The notes below the pieces were generated by a model. That model ran no database searches, was not told the origin of the DNA, and saw only the letters and a program-made list of their open reading frames with translations. DNA of 37,263 nucleotides from Candidatus Eiseniibacteriota bacterium (GTDB lineage: Bacteria; Eisenbacteria; RBG-16-71-46; SZUA-252). Numbering within the stretch: position 1 is the stretch's first letter; every line of letters begins with the position of its first letter. A program made the translations under genes and the position numbers. This document shows positions 26,733 through 35,784 of this stretch, piece by piece. The DNA is taken from contig JBGPHU010000003.1 of NCBI GenBank assembly GCA_041484545.1, positions 1 to 37,263 on the forward strand, read 5' to 3'.

Positions 26733-27566
26733 ATGATCGAATTCCGAAACGTCGTCTTCTCGATCGGCGACCACACCATCCTGATCAACGTATCGTTCCG
26801 GGTGACACGGGGCCAGACACGCGTCATCCTCGGGCCCTCGGGCTCGGGGAAGAGCACGATTCTCCGGCTGCTCATGGGCCTCTGGCAGCCGGACTCGGGC
26901 AGCATTCTCGTGAACGACGAGGACATCACGCAGGTGAGCCCCCAACGGCTGCGGGAGATCCGGAGAGCGATGGGAATCGTCTTCCAGCACGGGGCCCTGT
27001 TCGACTCCATGACGGTCGGCGAGAACGTCGGGTATACGCTGCTCGAGGACAAGCACGACGAACCGGAGATCGAGAAGGCCGTCGAGAAATACCTGACGAT
27101 GGTCGGGCTTGATCCCGATCTTGAGGACCGCATGCCCGACGAGCTTTCCGGAGGCATGCAGCGGCGCGTCGCGATCGCTCGCGCGCTCGCGGCCCGCGAT
27201 CCGGGCATCCTGCTCTATGACGAGCCGACGACCGGCCTGGACCCCCAGAGCGCGGAGCGGATCACGGATCTCATCCTCAGCTTGAGGGATACCATGGGCA
27301 AGACCTCGATCATGGTCACCCACGATATTGCCGATGCATTCAAGGTGGGAAACCGCATCACGGTGCTGGACCGGGGGATGGTCGTGTTCGAGGGCACGCC
27401 TGAAGAGCTGAATGCCGCGAATGATCCGTTCATTGCGGAGTTCCTGGCGCCATTTCGCAAAGCGGTTGTGGCGGCCCGCCTGCGCATGGATCAGGTCCGC
27501 GGCGGCGCGGCGTCCGGACGCGCCACGCCCGACCCATTCCCGCAGCAACCCGGAGGAAGCCTGTGA
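26733..27566 (+). CDS. mlaF: MlaF/Mkl-family ABC ATPase
   Basis: GPSGSGKS, FQHGALFDSMTV.ENV, LSGGMQRRV, YDEPTTGLDP and VTHD motifs. Confidence 0.94.
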   Translation: MIEFRNVVFSIGDHTILINVSFRVTRGQTRVILGPSGSGKSTILRLLMGLWQPDSGSILVNDEDITQVSPQRLREIRRAMGIVFQHGALFDSMTVGENVGYTLLEDKHDEPEIEKAVEKYLTMVGLDPDLEDRMPDELSGGMQRRVAIARALAARDPGILLYDEPTTGLDPQSAERITDLILSLRDTMGKTSIMVTHDIADAFKVGNRITVLDRGMVVFEGTPEELNAANDPFIAEFLAPFRKAVVAARLRMDQVRGGAASGRATPDPFPQQPGGSL

Positions 27567-28492
27567 AACGGACCGGCCGCGTCCCGTTCATGAAGCTTCA
27601 GATCGGGTTCTGGGTGCTCGTGGCTTTTGCGCTCCTGTTGTGGGCCACGTTCCAGTCCGGGAGCATCAAGTTCTTCGGCCGCGAGGAGAAGATCCACCTC
27701 ACGTTCAATTCCGTGGGCGGCCTCGAGGAGGGCTCCACGGTCCGCCTGAACGGAGTGCCGGTGGGACACGTGCGGGACATCTCGCTGGCGAAAAGCGGAA
27801 ACGACGTGGTGGTGGAGCTGGGGGTGAAGAGCGGCACCCGCGAGCGGCTCCACCGCGGCGCGACCGCGCGCGTCACCTCGACCGGATTTCTCGCCGAGCT
27901 GTACGTCGAGCTGGAGGGCGGCGACCTGAGCCAGCCGCCGATCCAGGACGACCGCGAGATCTCGGTCTCCTCCCCCCCCGATCCGAACGCGGCGATGAAG
28001 AAGATCACGGCGATCACGGACAGTTTACAGGTGCTGCTCGGGAACTTGAACAAGGCCGGGAGGGCGCTCGGAAACGGGCGCGGCACCCTCGGCCGCCTGA
28101 CTCAGGACGAGCGTCTCTACGAGGAGCTGGTGGAGCTGAGCCACAACGCGAACGTCCTCACGGCCAGGCTCAACGAGAACCAGTCGCGGGTCTCGACCCA
28201 GTTCATGACCCTCGCGGCCTCGCTCGACTCGCTCGTTCAGAAGATGCAGAACGGCCAGGGAACCATCGCCCAGCTCATGAACGACTCCACGCTGCACCAG
28301 AAGCTGGCGTCGAGCACGGCCCGGGCCGACTCCATCCTGGGCTCGATCGCTTCGGGCAGGGGGACGTTCGGAAGGCTCTACGCGGATTCGACGCTTTACG
28401 ACGACACGAAGGCGCTGATGGCTTCGATGAAACGTCTCATGGCGGAAATCGAGAAGGATCCCAAGAAGTACTTCAAGTTCAGCGTTTTCTAG
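27563..28492 (+). CDS. mlaD: MlaD/MCE protein with a long helical C-terminal extension
   Basis: N-terminal TM helix; MCE motif GGLEEGSTVRLNGVPVGHV; three GxGT[LIF]xxL repeats; C-terminus PKKYFKFSVF. Confidence 0.92.
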   Translation: MKRTGRVPFMKLQIGFWVLVAFALLLWATFQSGSIKFFGREEKIHLTFNSVGGLEEGSTVRLNGVPVGHVRDISLAKSGNDVVVELGVKSGTRERLHRGATARVTSTGFLAELYVELEGGDLSQPPIQDDREISVSSPPDPNAAMKKITAITDSLQVLLGNLNKAGRALGNGRGTLGRLTQDERLYEELVELSHNANVLTARLNENQSRVSTQFMTLAASLDSLVQKMQNGQGTIAQLMNDSTLHQKLASSTARADSILGSIASGRGTFGRLYADSTLYDDTKALMASMKRLMAEIEKDPKKYFKFSVF

Positions 28493-28513
28493 CCTCGCCG
28501 CTGCCCGCGAGCC

Positions 28514-29500
28514 CTACACCCAGCCGGCTTCCCGGTACCAGAGCGCCGTGGCGCGCACGCCTTGCTCCAGCGGGGTGGCGGGAACCCATCCCAGTTCCTC
28601 CCGGATCTTCCGCGAGCTCACGAGCCAGGCGCCGGCCGTGATCTCGCGAAACTTCTCGCGAGAGAAGAAGGGCGCCCGGCGCGTGACGGCGCCGGCAAGC
28701 TCCCCCGCGAGCGCGCCCGCCTGGAGCAGGAACCCGGGAACCGGAAGACGCAGGGCCCAGGTCCCCAGAGCGCTCTCGATCGCGTCCCCCACTTCCTCGT
28801 AGCTCGTGGTGTCCGGGCCTCCCACGAAGTAGATCTGGCCCACCGCCGTCTCCTGGGTGAGCGCCGCCCAGACCGCGCGCGCGTGGTCCTCCGCGTAGAC
28901 GATGCTGAACGACTTAGCCCCGCCCAGATACGGCCTCAGGTGATGCTTCACGGCGCGGAAGTACTTGAGCAGCGCCTTTTCCCTCGGGCCGTAGACGATG
29001 GGAGGACGGATCGACGTGACCGGGAGCCGGTCGGCCGCGCGCATCACGAGTGTCTCCCCGCCGAGCTTGGACCTGCCGTAGGTGGAAACCGGCCGCGGAG
29101 CGAGATCCTCGGTCACCGGCGCTCCGTTCCGGCTGGGTCCGGCGGCCGCCTGGCTCGAGATGTAGACGAACCGCCGGGGCCTGGGATCGGCCCGGAGCGC
29201 CGCGGCGAGGACGTTCTCGGTGCCCGACACGTTGGCGCTGTAGAACTCGGCCTCGTCCCGGGCATACGTGAGGCCGGCCGCGTGGACGATCCAGTCGGCC
29301 CCGGCCACCGCCTGGTCCAGCCCGCCGGGGTGGCGGACGTCGCCCTCCGCGTATTCGACTTCTTTGCCTTCGAGCCAGCGGCGGGAGGAGGAGCCGCGCA
29401 GGAGACAGCGGACGCGGGCGCCCTGGCGCAGGAGCTCGTCCACGACGTGGCTCCCGACGAACCCCGAAGCGCCCGTGACAAGCGCCAGCGGCGCCTTCAC
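28514..29500 (-). CDS. Extended SDR (NAD-dependent epimerase/dehydratase); candidate oxidized-ceramide reductase CerR
   Basis: Start trimmed to GTG 29500 (GTGA overlap with the upstream GNAT). TGASGFVG, HAAG, SSQAA, YGRSK and RPPIVYGP motifs. The CerR role is inferred from context. Confidence 0.85.
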   Translation of the reverse strand: MKAPLALVTGASGFVGSHVVDELLRQGARVRCLLRGSSSRRWLEGKEVEYAEGDVRHPGGLDQAVAGADWIVHAAGLTYARDEAEFYSANVSGTENVLAAALRADPRPRRFVYISSQAAAGPSRNGAPVTEDLAPRPVSTYGRSKLGGETLVMRAADRLPVTSIRPPIVYGPREKALLKYFRAVKHHLRPYLGGAKSFSIVYAEDHARAVWAALTQETAVGQIYFVGGPDTTSYEEVGDAIESALGTWALRLPVPGFLLQAGALAGELAGAVTRRAPFFSREKFREITAGAWLVSSRKIREELGWVPATPLEQGVRATALWYREAGWV

Positions 29501-30612
29501 AGACTCCGCTCGTAGATCCGGTAGGTCTTGTAGTGGTCCCCGTGCACGGCCTCGATCAGCCGGTTGACCAGATCGTTGTCCTCGAGCGTCCAACCGACCT
29601 CGCACCAGACGTACCCGGCCGCGCGTGACGCCACCGCCGCCTGGTGAACCAGGGCAGCGTCGATGCCGCGGCGCCGGTAGCCCGACTTGATCCCGAGCGC
29701 CATCAGCCGGAGCGTGCGGATCTTTCGAAGGGTCCAGAGCAGGCGCACAATCCCGAACGGGAAGAGCCGCCCGCGCAGCGGCTTCAGCGCCACGTTCACG
29801 TCGGGGATCGCGAGCGCGAAGCCGACCGTCTCGCCGTCGATTTCCGCGAAGAGCGCGAGATCGGGCACGATGGCCGGCCGGAGCTGCTTCGCCATGTGGT
29901 CGATCTCGTGCTCGGTCATCGGGACGAAGCCCCAGTTCTTCTCCCAGGCCGAGTTGTAGATGTTCTTCACGTGCTGGAGCTCCTGGTTGAAGCGCTTCAT
30001 GTTCATCGGACGGACGCGCACGTGGTACCGGTCGCGCGCCTTCTGCGCGATCCGCGCGACCTTCTCGATCTCCGCGACGGGCGATTCCGGAATCGGCACC
30101 TTGAAGGCGAAGAGGTCCTTGATCTTCGTCAGCCCCGCGGCCTCCACCCAGGATGGGTAGCTCGGTGGGTTGTACGGCATGAGGATGGTCGGCGGCTCCT
30201 CGAAGCCGCGGATCAGGAGCCCGCAATCGTCGTTGGTTGTGAAGTTCATCGGCCCGCGCATCACGCGCGCTCCGCGCTCCCGTCCCCACCGCTCGGCCGC
30301 CGCGAGCAAAGCGCCCGTGGCATCCGCGGATTCCGCCTCGAAGAAACCGAATGCCGCCTGCCGCTCCCCGTGATAGGCGTCGTGGTTCCGGTCCACGCTC
30401 GCCGCGATGCGTCCCACGTCTCGGCCGCCGTCGCGCGCCAGGAAATAGGCGGCCTCGGCGTGCTCGAAATAAGGGTTCTTCCCGGGCGTGAGCCGGACGC
30501 GCTCGTCCGAGGTGAGCGGCGCCACCCAGTTTGGATCGTCTCGGTAGATGTCGTGGGGGAGGCTGATGAAGCGGGCGAAATCCTTCTTGCTTAAGACGGG
30601 GACGACATCCAC
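29497..30612 (-). CDS. Tandem-GNAT acyltransferase; candidate bacterial ceramide synthase bCerS
   Basis: WVAPL, NPYFEH, VGRIAA, FGFFE, GPMNF, MPYNP.YP, NSAWEKNWGFVP, PDVN, RLMALG..YRRRG and WTLEDN motifs match the YghO/bCerS-like family. Overlaps the spt stop. Confidence 0.82.
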   Translation of the reverse strand: MDVVPVLSKKDFARFISLPHDIYRDDPNWVAPLTSDERVRLTPGKNPYFEHAEAAYFLARDGGRDVGRIAASVDRNHDAYHGERQAAFGFFEAESADATGALLAAAERWGRERGARVMRGPMNFTTNDDCGLLIRGFEEPPTILMPYNPPSYPSWVEAAGLTKIKDLFAFKVPIPESPVAEIEKVARIAQKARDRYHVRVRPMNMKRFNQELQHVKNIYNSAWEKNWGFVPMTEHEIDHMAKQLRPAIVPDLALFAEIDGETVGFALAIPDVNVALKPLRGRLFPFGIVRLLWTLRKIRTLRLMALGIKSGYRRRGIDAALVHQAAVASRAAGYVWCEVGWTLEDNDLVNRLIEAVHGDHYKTYRIYERSL

Positions 30613-31874
30613 GGCATCCCCGGCGGCGGCGTCGCGTTCTCAGCGGAGGACATGACCAGACCCATCTCCGCGTCCACTTCCTTCACGATGCGAAGAATGG
30701 TGTCCAGTTGCTGGTCCTCGTGGGTGGCCATGTAGGAAGTGCGGAGGAGATCCCGACCCGGCTGCACCGCGGGCACGACGATGGCGTTCACGAAAACGCC
30801 GCGGTCCAGGATCTTCCGCCATGCCTGCATCGTCTTGATCCGGTCGCCGATGAAGATCGGGACGATCGGCGTCCCGATCCCGGTCCCGACGTCGAGCCCG
30901 AGCGACTTGAATCCGTTCCGCATCTTGTCCGAGATCTGCCTGAGGCGCACGCGAAGCTGGGGCTCGTGCTCGATGATCTCGAGCGAGGCGAGCGCGGCCG
31001 CGGCGCTCGCGGGCGTGATGCTGGCGCTAAAGATGAGCGCCCGCGCGTGGTGGCGCAGGTAGTCCATCACGGCGCGCGGGCCCGCGATGAAGCCGCCGAG
31101 CGAGGCGAAGGACTTCGAGAACGTTCCCATGATCAAGTCCACGTCGTCCTCGACCCCGAGCGCCTCGGAGGCGCCGGCGCCGCGATTCCCCAGAACGCCG
31201 AACCCGTGCGCGTCGTCCACCATGAGCCGCGCGTGGTACTTCCGCACCACGCGCACAATCTCTGCCAAGGGCGCGATGTCCCCTTCCATGCTGTAGAGCC
31301 CGTCCACCACGACAAGCTTCCCCGCCTTCGCGGGAATCGACCCGAGCACGCGCTCCAGGTCGCGAACATCGTTGTGACGGAACCGCTTCACGTCCGCGGG
31401 GCTCAGCCGCGCGCCGTCCACGATGCAGGCGTGCGCCTCCTTGTCCATCACCACGACGTCGCCCTTGTCCATGAGGGCCGAGATGCTGCCCAGGTTCGTG
31501 AGATACCCGGTCGAATAGACGAGCGCTGCCTCCTTGCCCGTGAACTTGGCCAGGCGCTCCTCGAGCTGAACGTGCATTTCCAGCGTCCCATTCAGGAATC
31601 GGGAGCCGTTGTTCGAGGTGCCGAAGCGGCGCAGCGCGTCTTCGGCGGCGGCGATGACCTTAGGGTGCTTCGTCAGGCCCAGGTAGTTGTTCGAGCCCGC
31701 CATGATGATGCGGCGGCCGTCGATGGTTACCTCGGTGCCGTGGTTTTGGGCAATCGGGAGAAAATAGGGGTAAATGCCTGCTGCCTTGGCCAAGCGGTGT
31801 TCTTTGAAGCGATTACACTTGTCGAATAGATCCACGCGTACCCTGGGTTTTGGTCTTATGGATTCGCTCGCCAC
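30591..31874 (-). CDS. spt: Serine palmitoyltransferase (alpha-oxoamine synthase, PLP)
   Basis: GIYPYF, GSNNYLGLT, GSRFLNGT, DGLYSMEGD, DDAH and PLP-lysine motif GTFSKS (BioF/Kbl usually have GTL[SG]KA), plus LIFSAS. Alternative start at GTG 31835 (VDLFDKC). Confidence 0.85.
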   Translation of the reverse strand: MASESIRPKPRVRVDLFDKCNRFKEHRLAKAAGIYPYFLPIAQNHGTEVTIDGRRIIMAGSNNYLGLTKHPKVIAAAEDALRRFGTSNNGSRFLNGTLEMHVQLEERLAKFTGKEAALVYSTGYLTNLGSISALMDKGDVVVMDKEAHACIVDGARLSPADVKRFRHNDVRDLERVLGSIPAKAGKLVVVDGLYSMEGDIAPLAEIVRVVRKYHARLMVDDAHGFGVLGNRGAGASEALGVEDDVDLIMGTFSKSFASLGGFIAGPRAVMDYLRHHARALIFSASITPASAAAALASLEIIEHEPQLRVRLRQISDKMRNGFKSLGLDVGTGIGTPIVPIFIGDRIKTMQAWRKILDRGVFVNAIVVPAVQPGRDLLRTSYMATHEDQQLDTILRIVKEVDAEMGLVMSSAENATPPPGMPWMSSPS

Positions 31875-32023
31875 TCAGAGCGCCGGATCGAGACGTAAAC
31901 GGCCTCCCGACGACCATACCCGAATCGGGAAAGCCAGTCAATCTACCTTGCTCGGACGCCTCCCTGCCCCTACTATCCCTCTCGTTGATTGGGACTTAGC
32001 CCCTTTCCCGCACGGAGGCTCCC

Positions 32024-33010
32024 ATGTTCGCGCCTGTTCGCATCCTGCTCGGCCTCGCCCTTGTTTCCGCCCTTGCCGCCCCAGCCCAGGCCACCTTTTC
32101 CATCGTCGCGCGCGACCCGGAGACGGGTGACCTGGGCGTGGCGGTGCAATCGCACTACTTCTCCGTCGGCCCGATCGTCCCGTGGGCGGAGCCTGGCGTG
32201 GGAGCGGTCGCCACGCAATCGCTCGTGGAGGTCAGCTACGGCCCGCGGGGTCTCCAGATGATGAGCAGCGGACGAGGCGCCAAGCAGACGTTGGATGAGC
32301 TTCTCTCGCAGGACCCGAACAAGGAGGTGAGGCAGGTCGCGATGATCGATGCGCACGGCGACGTGGCGGCCTGGACCGGGAAACGGTGCATTCCCGCCGC
32401 CGGGGATCACGTCGGCGCGCAGTATTCGGTGCAGGCGAATCTCATGTCGAACGATCGCATATGGCCCGCCATGGCCCAGGCCTACGAGACCGCGAAGGGG
32501 GACCTGGCGACGCGCCTTCTCGCGGCCCTCGAGGCGGGCCAGCGCGCCGGGGGCGACATCCGGGGGCAGCAATCCGCGGCCATCATCATCGTGAAGGGCA
32601 AGCGCTCGAACAAGCCCTGGAACGACCGTGTCATGGACCTGCGCGTGGAGGACAGCCCGCACCCGATCGCCGAGCTGGAGCGTCTCGTGCGCACGTGGCG
32701 GGCCTACCGCAACGTGGACCAAGGAGACGCCTACGCCACCGACGGAAAGATCGAAGACGCCATGAAGGCCTACGCCGAGGGAGCGCGCCTGGCGCCCGGG
32801 AACGACGAGATCCTGTTCTGGCAGGCGGCGTCTCTCTGGCAACTGGGGAGGGAGAAGGAGGCGTCCCCGATCTTCCGGAGAGTGTTCGCGCACGATCGTC
32901 GCTGGGCGGAGCTGGTGCCGCGGCTGGTTCCGGCCGGGCTCTTGAAGGACGATCCCGCATCGATCCGCCGCATCGAAGCCCTGGCTCCAGGCGGACGGAG
33001 AGCCCGATAG
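32024..33010 (+). CDS. Exported DUF1028 (Ntn-hydrolase-like) protein with a C-terminal TPR-like region
   Basis: Signal peptide AQA|TFSIVARD; GAVATQS, RQVAMID, GGDIRGQQSAA and DLRVEDSPHPIAEL motifs; GGAGG RBS. Confidence 0.85.
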   Translation: MFAPVRILLGLALVSALAAPAQATFSIVARDPETGDLGVAVQSHYFSVGPIVPWAEPGVGAVATQSLVEVSYGPRGLQMMSSGRGAKQTLDELLSQDPNKEVRQVAMIDAHGDVAAWTGKRCIPAAGDHVGAQYSVQANLMSNDRIWPAMAQAYETAKGDLATRLLAALEAGQRAGGDIRGQQSAAIIIVKGKRSNKPWNDRVMDLRVEDSPHPIAELERLVRTWRAYRNVDQGDAYATDGKIEDAMKAYAEGARLAPGNDEILFWQAASLWQLGREKEASPIFRRVFAHDRRWAELVPRLVPAGLLKDDPASIRRIEALAPGGRRAR

Positions 33011-33083
33011 ATCGGCCCCGCTGCTTGCATCAGCGCATCCAAAGAAGCAGAATGCGCATGAACCCCCATTTTGGAGGACACCT

Positions 33084-34259
33084 ATGACGGAGCGCACCGC
33101 TCCCCCGGCAGCGGAAGGACATACGACCGTACCCTACATCCCAGGCCTCGCCGACGTTCCGGCGGCGCGCTCCAGCATCTGCTTCATCGACGGCGAGCAG
33201 GGAATCCTGGAATACCGCGGCTATCCCATCGAGACGCTGGCGGAGCGCAGCACGTTCGAGGAGACGACCTATCTCCTCCTCTGGGGGAAGCTCCCCAACA
33301 AGGCCGAGCTGGAGAAGTTCTCGAAGGACCTCTCGATCAACCGCGACGTGCGCTTCCGGTTGATCGATCTGCTGAAGTGCCTGCCGGACACGGGCCACCC
33401 CATGGAGGCCCTGCAGGCAGCGATCGCGGCTCTCGGGATGTTCTATCCCGACCGCGATCCATTGAATCCCACGGACCGCTACAACTCCACGGTCCGGATC
33501 ATCGCGAAGGCTCCGACCCTGGTGGCCGCCTATCACCGGCTGAGCCACGGCAAGGAGTACATCCCGCCTCGCGACGATCTGACCCACGCCGAGAACTTCC
33601 TCTACATGGTCTCGGGCGAGGAGCCCGAAGCGGACGTGGCGCGGGTCATGGACGTCTGCTTCATCCTCCACGCCGAGCATTCCATGAACGCCTCGACCTT
33701 CGCGGGACGCGTGACGGCCTCGACACTGGCCGATCCGTACACGGTCGTGTCCTCGGCCATCGGCGCGCTCACGGGCCCCCTGCACGGGGGCGCGAACGAG
33801 CAGGTCATCCACATGCTCCAGCACATCGGCGAGGTCGAGAAGGTCCGGCCCTTCATCGAGGATCTGATCCAGCGCAAGCAGAAGATCATGGGCGTGGGCC
33901 ACCGTATCTACAAGGTCAAGGACCCGCGCGCGCTCGTGCTGCAGAAGCTCGCCGCGCAGATGATCGCGAAGCGCGGGCCGGATCCCCTCCTCGCGGTGGC
34001 GCAGGAAGTGGAGAAGGTGGTCGCGGAGCATCTGTCCGCGAAGAAGATCTACCCCAACGTGGACTTCTATTCGGGCGTGGTCTACGAGGCGATGGGCATG
34101 CCGGCCTCGCTCTTCACGCCGGTCTTCGCCATCGCGCGCGTCACCGGCTGGCTGGCGCACTGGCTCGAGCAGCTCGAGGACAACCGCATCTACCGCCCGT
34201 CGCAGATCTACACCGGAACGCACAACGAGCCGTACGTCCCCACCGGCGAGCGCGTCTAG
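33084..34259 (+). CDS. gltA: Citrate synthase (short dimeric type)
   Basis: LEYRGY, HAEHSMNAST, GPLHGGAN, GVGHRIYK..DPR, YPNVDFYSG and RIYRP motifs; GGAGG RBS. Confidence 0.96.
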   Translation: MTERTAPPAAEGHTTVPYIPGLADVPAARSSICFIDGEQGILEYRGYPIETLAERSTFEETTYLLLWGKLPNKAELEKFSKDLSINRDVRFRLIDLLKCLPDTGHPMEALQAAIAALGMFYPDRDPLNPTDRYNSTVRIIAKAPTLVAAYHRLSHGKEYIPPRDDLTHAENFLYMVSGEEPEADVARVMDVCFILHAEHSMNASTFAGRVTASTLADPYTVVSSAIGALTGPLHGGANEQVIHMLQHIGEVEKVRPFIEDLIQRKQKIMGVGHRIYKVKDPRALVLQKLAAQMIAKRGPDPLLAVAQEVEKVVAEHLSAKKIYPNVDFYSGVVYEAMGMPASLFTPVFAIARVTGWLAHWLEQLEDNRIYRPSQIYTGTHNEPYVPTGERV

Positions 34260-34313
34260 CGCGGCCGGCGAGCGGCGCGACCTTCCTGGCATCGCCGCCC
34301 TGCGGGCCCTCTC

Positions 34314-35120
34314 ATGTGCACGCTGATCCTGGGCCTGGGAATCCTCGGCCCGGGATCACTCCTTCTGGGGGCGAATCGCGACGAATCCCCGCGGCGGCCA
34401 TCGGCCGACCCGGGCGTTCTCGTCAAGACGCCCCGCGTGGTCGGCGGGCGCGATCTCGCCTCAGGTGGAACCTGGCTCGCAGTCCGCGAGGCAACGTTCG
34501 TGACCGCGCTGATGAACCGGCGGCCCGCGGACGGCGACACGCGAGGTCCGGCCGCGGGCGACACGCGCGATCCGGCGACCCTGCGATCGCGCGGCCTCCT
34601 CTGTCTCGACGCAGCCGCAGCAGGCTCCGGCGGCGGACGCCCCACCGACGGGAACGCGAATGCCGATTCCCACCTGGACCACGCCTTGCGGCTCCTGAGT
34701 CGCGGATCCTTCGCCCCATGCACGCTGATCGGGGTGGGTGCGGACGGCGAGGCGTGGGCGATTCAGGCGGGCCCCGGCGTCCCCCGCGTCCAGGCGATCG
34801 CCCGCGGGTGGCACGTCGTCACCCACCAGGACGTGGATGACCGGAGCGAGCCGCGCACACGGTGGATCCTGGAGGACGTCGAGGAGAAGAGACCGGAGTC
34901 GGTGGACGAGGCCTTCGATCTGATGACGGCCTACCTGCGCTGGCACGGGGACGCGGCGAGACCCGCCGTGTGCCTGCACCGCGAGGTGCTTCCCACCGTC
35001 TCCAGCAGCCTTCTCGCTCTGGGTGTGAACGGCGGGCCCCGGTACCGGCATGCGCCCGGACCGCCGTGTGTCACCCCGTACCGGGACTGCACGCCGCTTC
35101 TCTCGAGCCAAGGAGACTGA
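34314..35120 (+). CDS. NRDE family (TANGO2-like) protein
   Basis: N-terminal MC, ANRDE, GGRD..SGGTWL, SRG.L and TVSSS motifs. Confidence 0.88.
   Translation: MCTLILGLGILGPGSLLLGANRDESPRRPSADPGVLVKTPRVVGGRDLASGGTWLAVREATFVTALMNRRPADGDTRGPAAGDTRDPATLRSRGLLCLDAAAAGSGGGRPTDGNANADSHLDHALRLLSRGSFAPCTLIGVGADGEAWAIQAGPGVPRVQAIARGWHVVTHQDVDDRSEPRTRWILEDVEEKRPESVDEAFDLMTAYLRWHGDAARPAVCLHREVLPTVSSSLLALGVNGGPRYRHAPGPPCVTPYRDCTPLLSSQGD
34524..34571 (+). repeat. Imperfect in-frame 24-bp tandem duplication within the NRDE gene
   Basis: Encodes PADGDTRG / PAAGDTRD. Confidence 0.7.
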
Positions 35121-35121
35121 A

Positions 35122-35694
35122 GTGACCCATGCTTTCGTGCTCTGGTCCTTCTATGGATACTTCGCGCTCTTCCTTCTCGTGGAATTCGTGTTCACGCGAT
35201 TCCGCCTCGGCTCCAAGGACCAAGGGGATCAAGACCGCCTGTCGGGCCTTTTCTTCGGGGGATTGCCCTCCCTCGGGATGTTCCTGTGGATGGGCGCCGT
35301 GAATCGGGGGTTCGTGGCCGCGAATCCGTCCTGGCCGCAGTGGATCCTGGGCTGCGCCCTGGGATTGTCGGGATTCGCGGTGCGGATCATCGCGAAGCGG
35401 ACGCTCGGGAGGTTCTTCACGGTCCGGGTGCAGCTGCAGCGCGATCACGAGATCGTGGACACCGGCATCTACGGCGTCCTGCGCCATCCCCTGTACTCGG
35501 GGATCATCCTGGAATGGCTGGCGCCGCCTTTGATCCTGGGCAGCCCAGCGGGCTTCCTGTTCACCACGCTCTGGATCGTGATCGGCGTTCTGCAGCGCAT
35601 TCCCCGCGAAGAGAAGCTGCTGGTCGATGGGCTCGGCCAGAAATACCGCGATTACATGGGGCGGACGAAGAGGCTTATCCCGGGTGTGTGGTAG
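35122..35694 (+). CDS. Isoprenylcysteine carboxylmethyltransferase (ICMT/PEMT-like) membrane methyltransferase
   Basis: Start trimmed to GTG 35122, 1 nt after the NRDE stop. TLGRFFT, H.IVDTGIYGVLRHPLY, RIPREE and Y..Y...TKRLIP motifs. Confidence 0.88.
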   Translation: MTHAFVLWSFYGYFALFLLVEFVFTRFRLGSKDQGDQDRLSGLFFGGLPSLGMFLWMGAVNRGFVAANPSWPQWILGCALGLSGFAVRIIAKRTLGRFFTVRVQLQRDHEIVDTGIYGVLRHPLYSGIILEWLAPPLILGSPAGFLFTTLWIVIGVLQRIPREEKLLVDGLGQKYRDYMGRTKRLIPGVW

Positions 35695-35784
35695 TGACGC
35701 CGATGCCCCACGGGCCGGGCCCCCGGGCGCGCCCCACGCGAAGGACGGGGCGCACGCCGGAAGCGCGCGCCCCCCTTCTCGCTT

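Noticed and set aside
30591-31874. Annotation as bioF or kbl
   Set aside because: The GTFSKS motif, GIYPYF N-terminus and coupling to GNAT and SDR genes favour Spt; no bio or tdh genes are adjacent.
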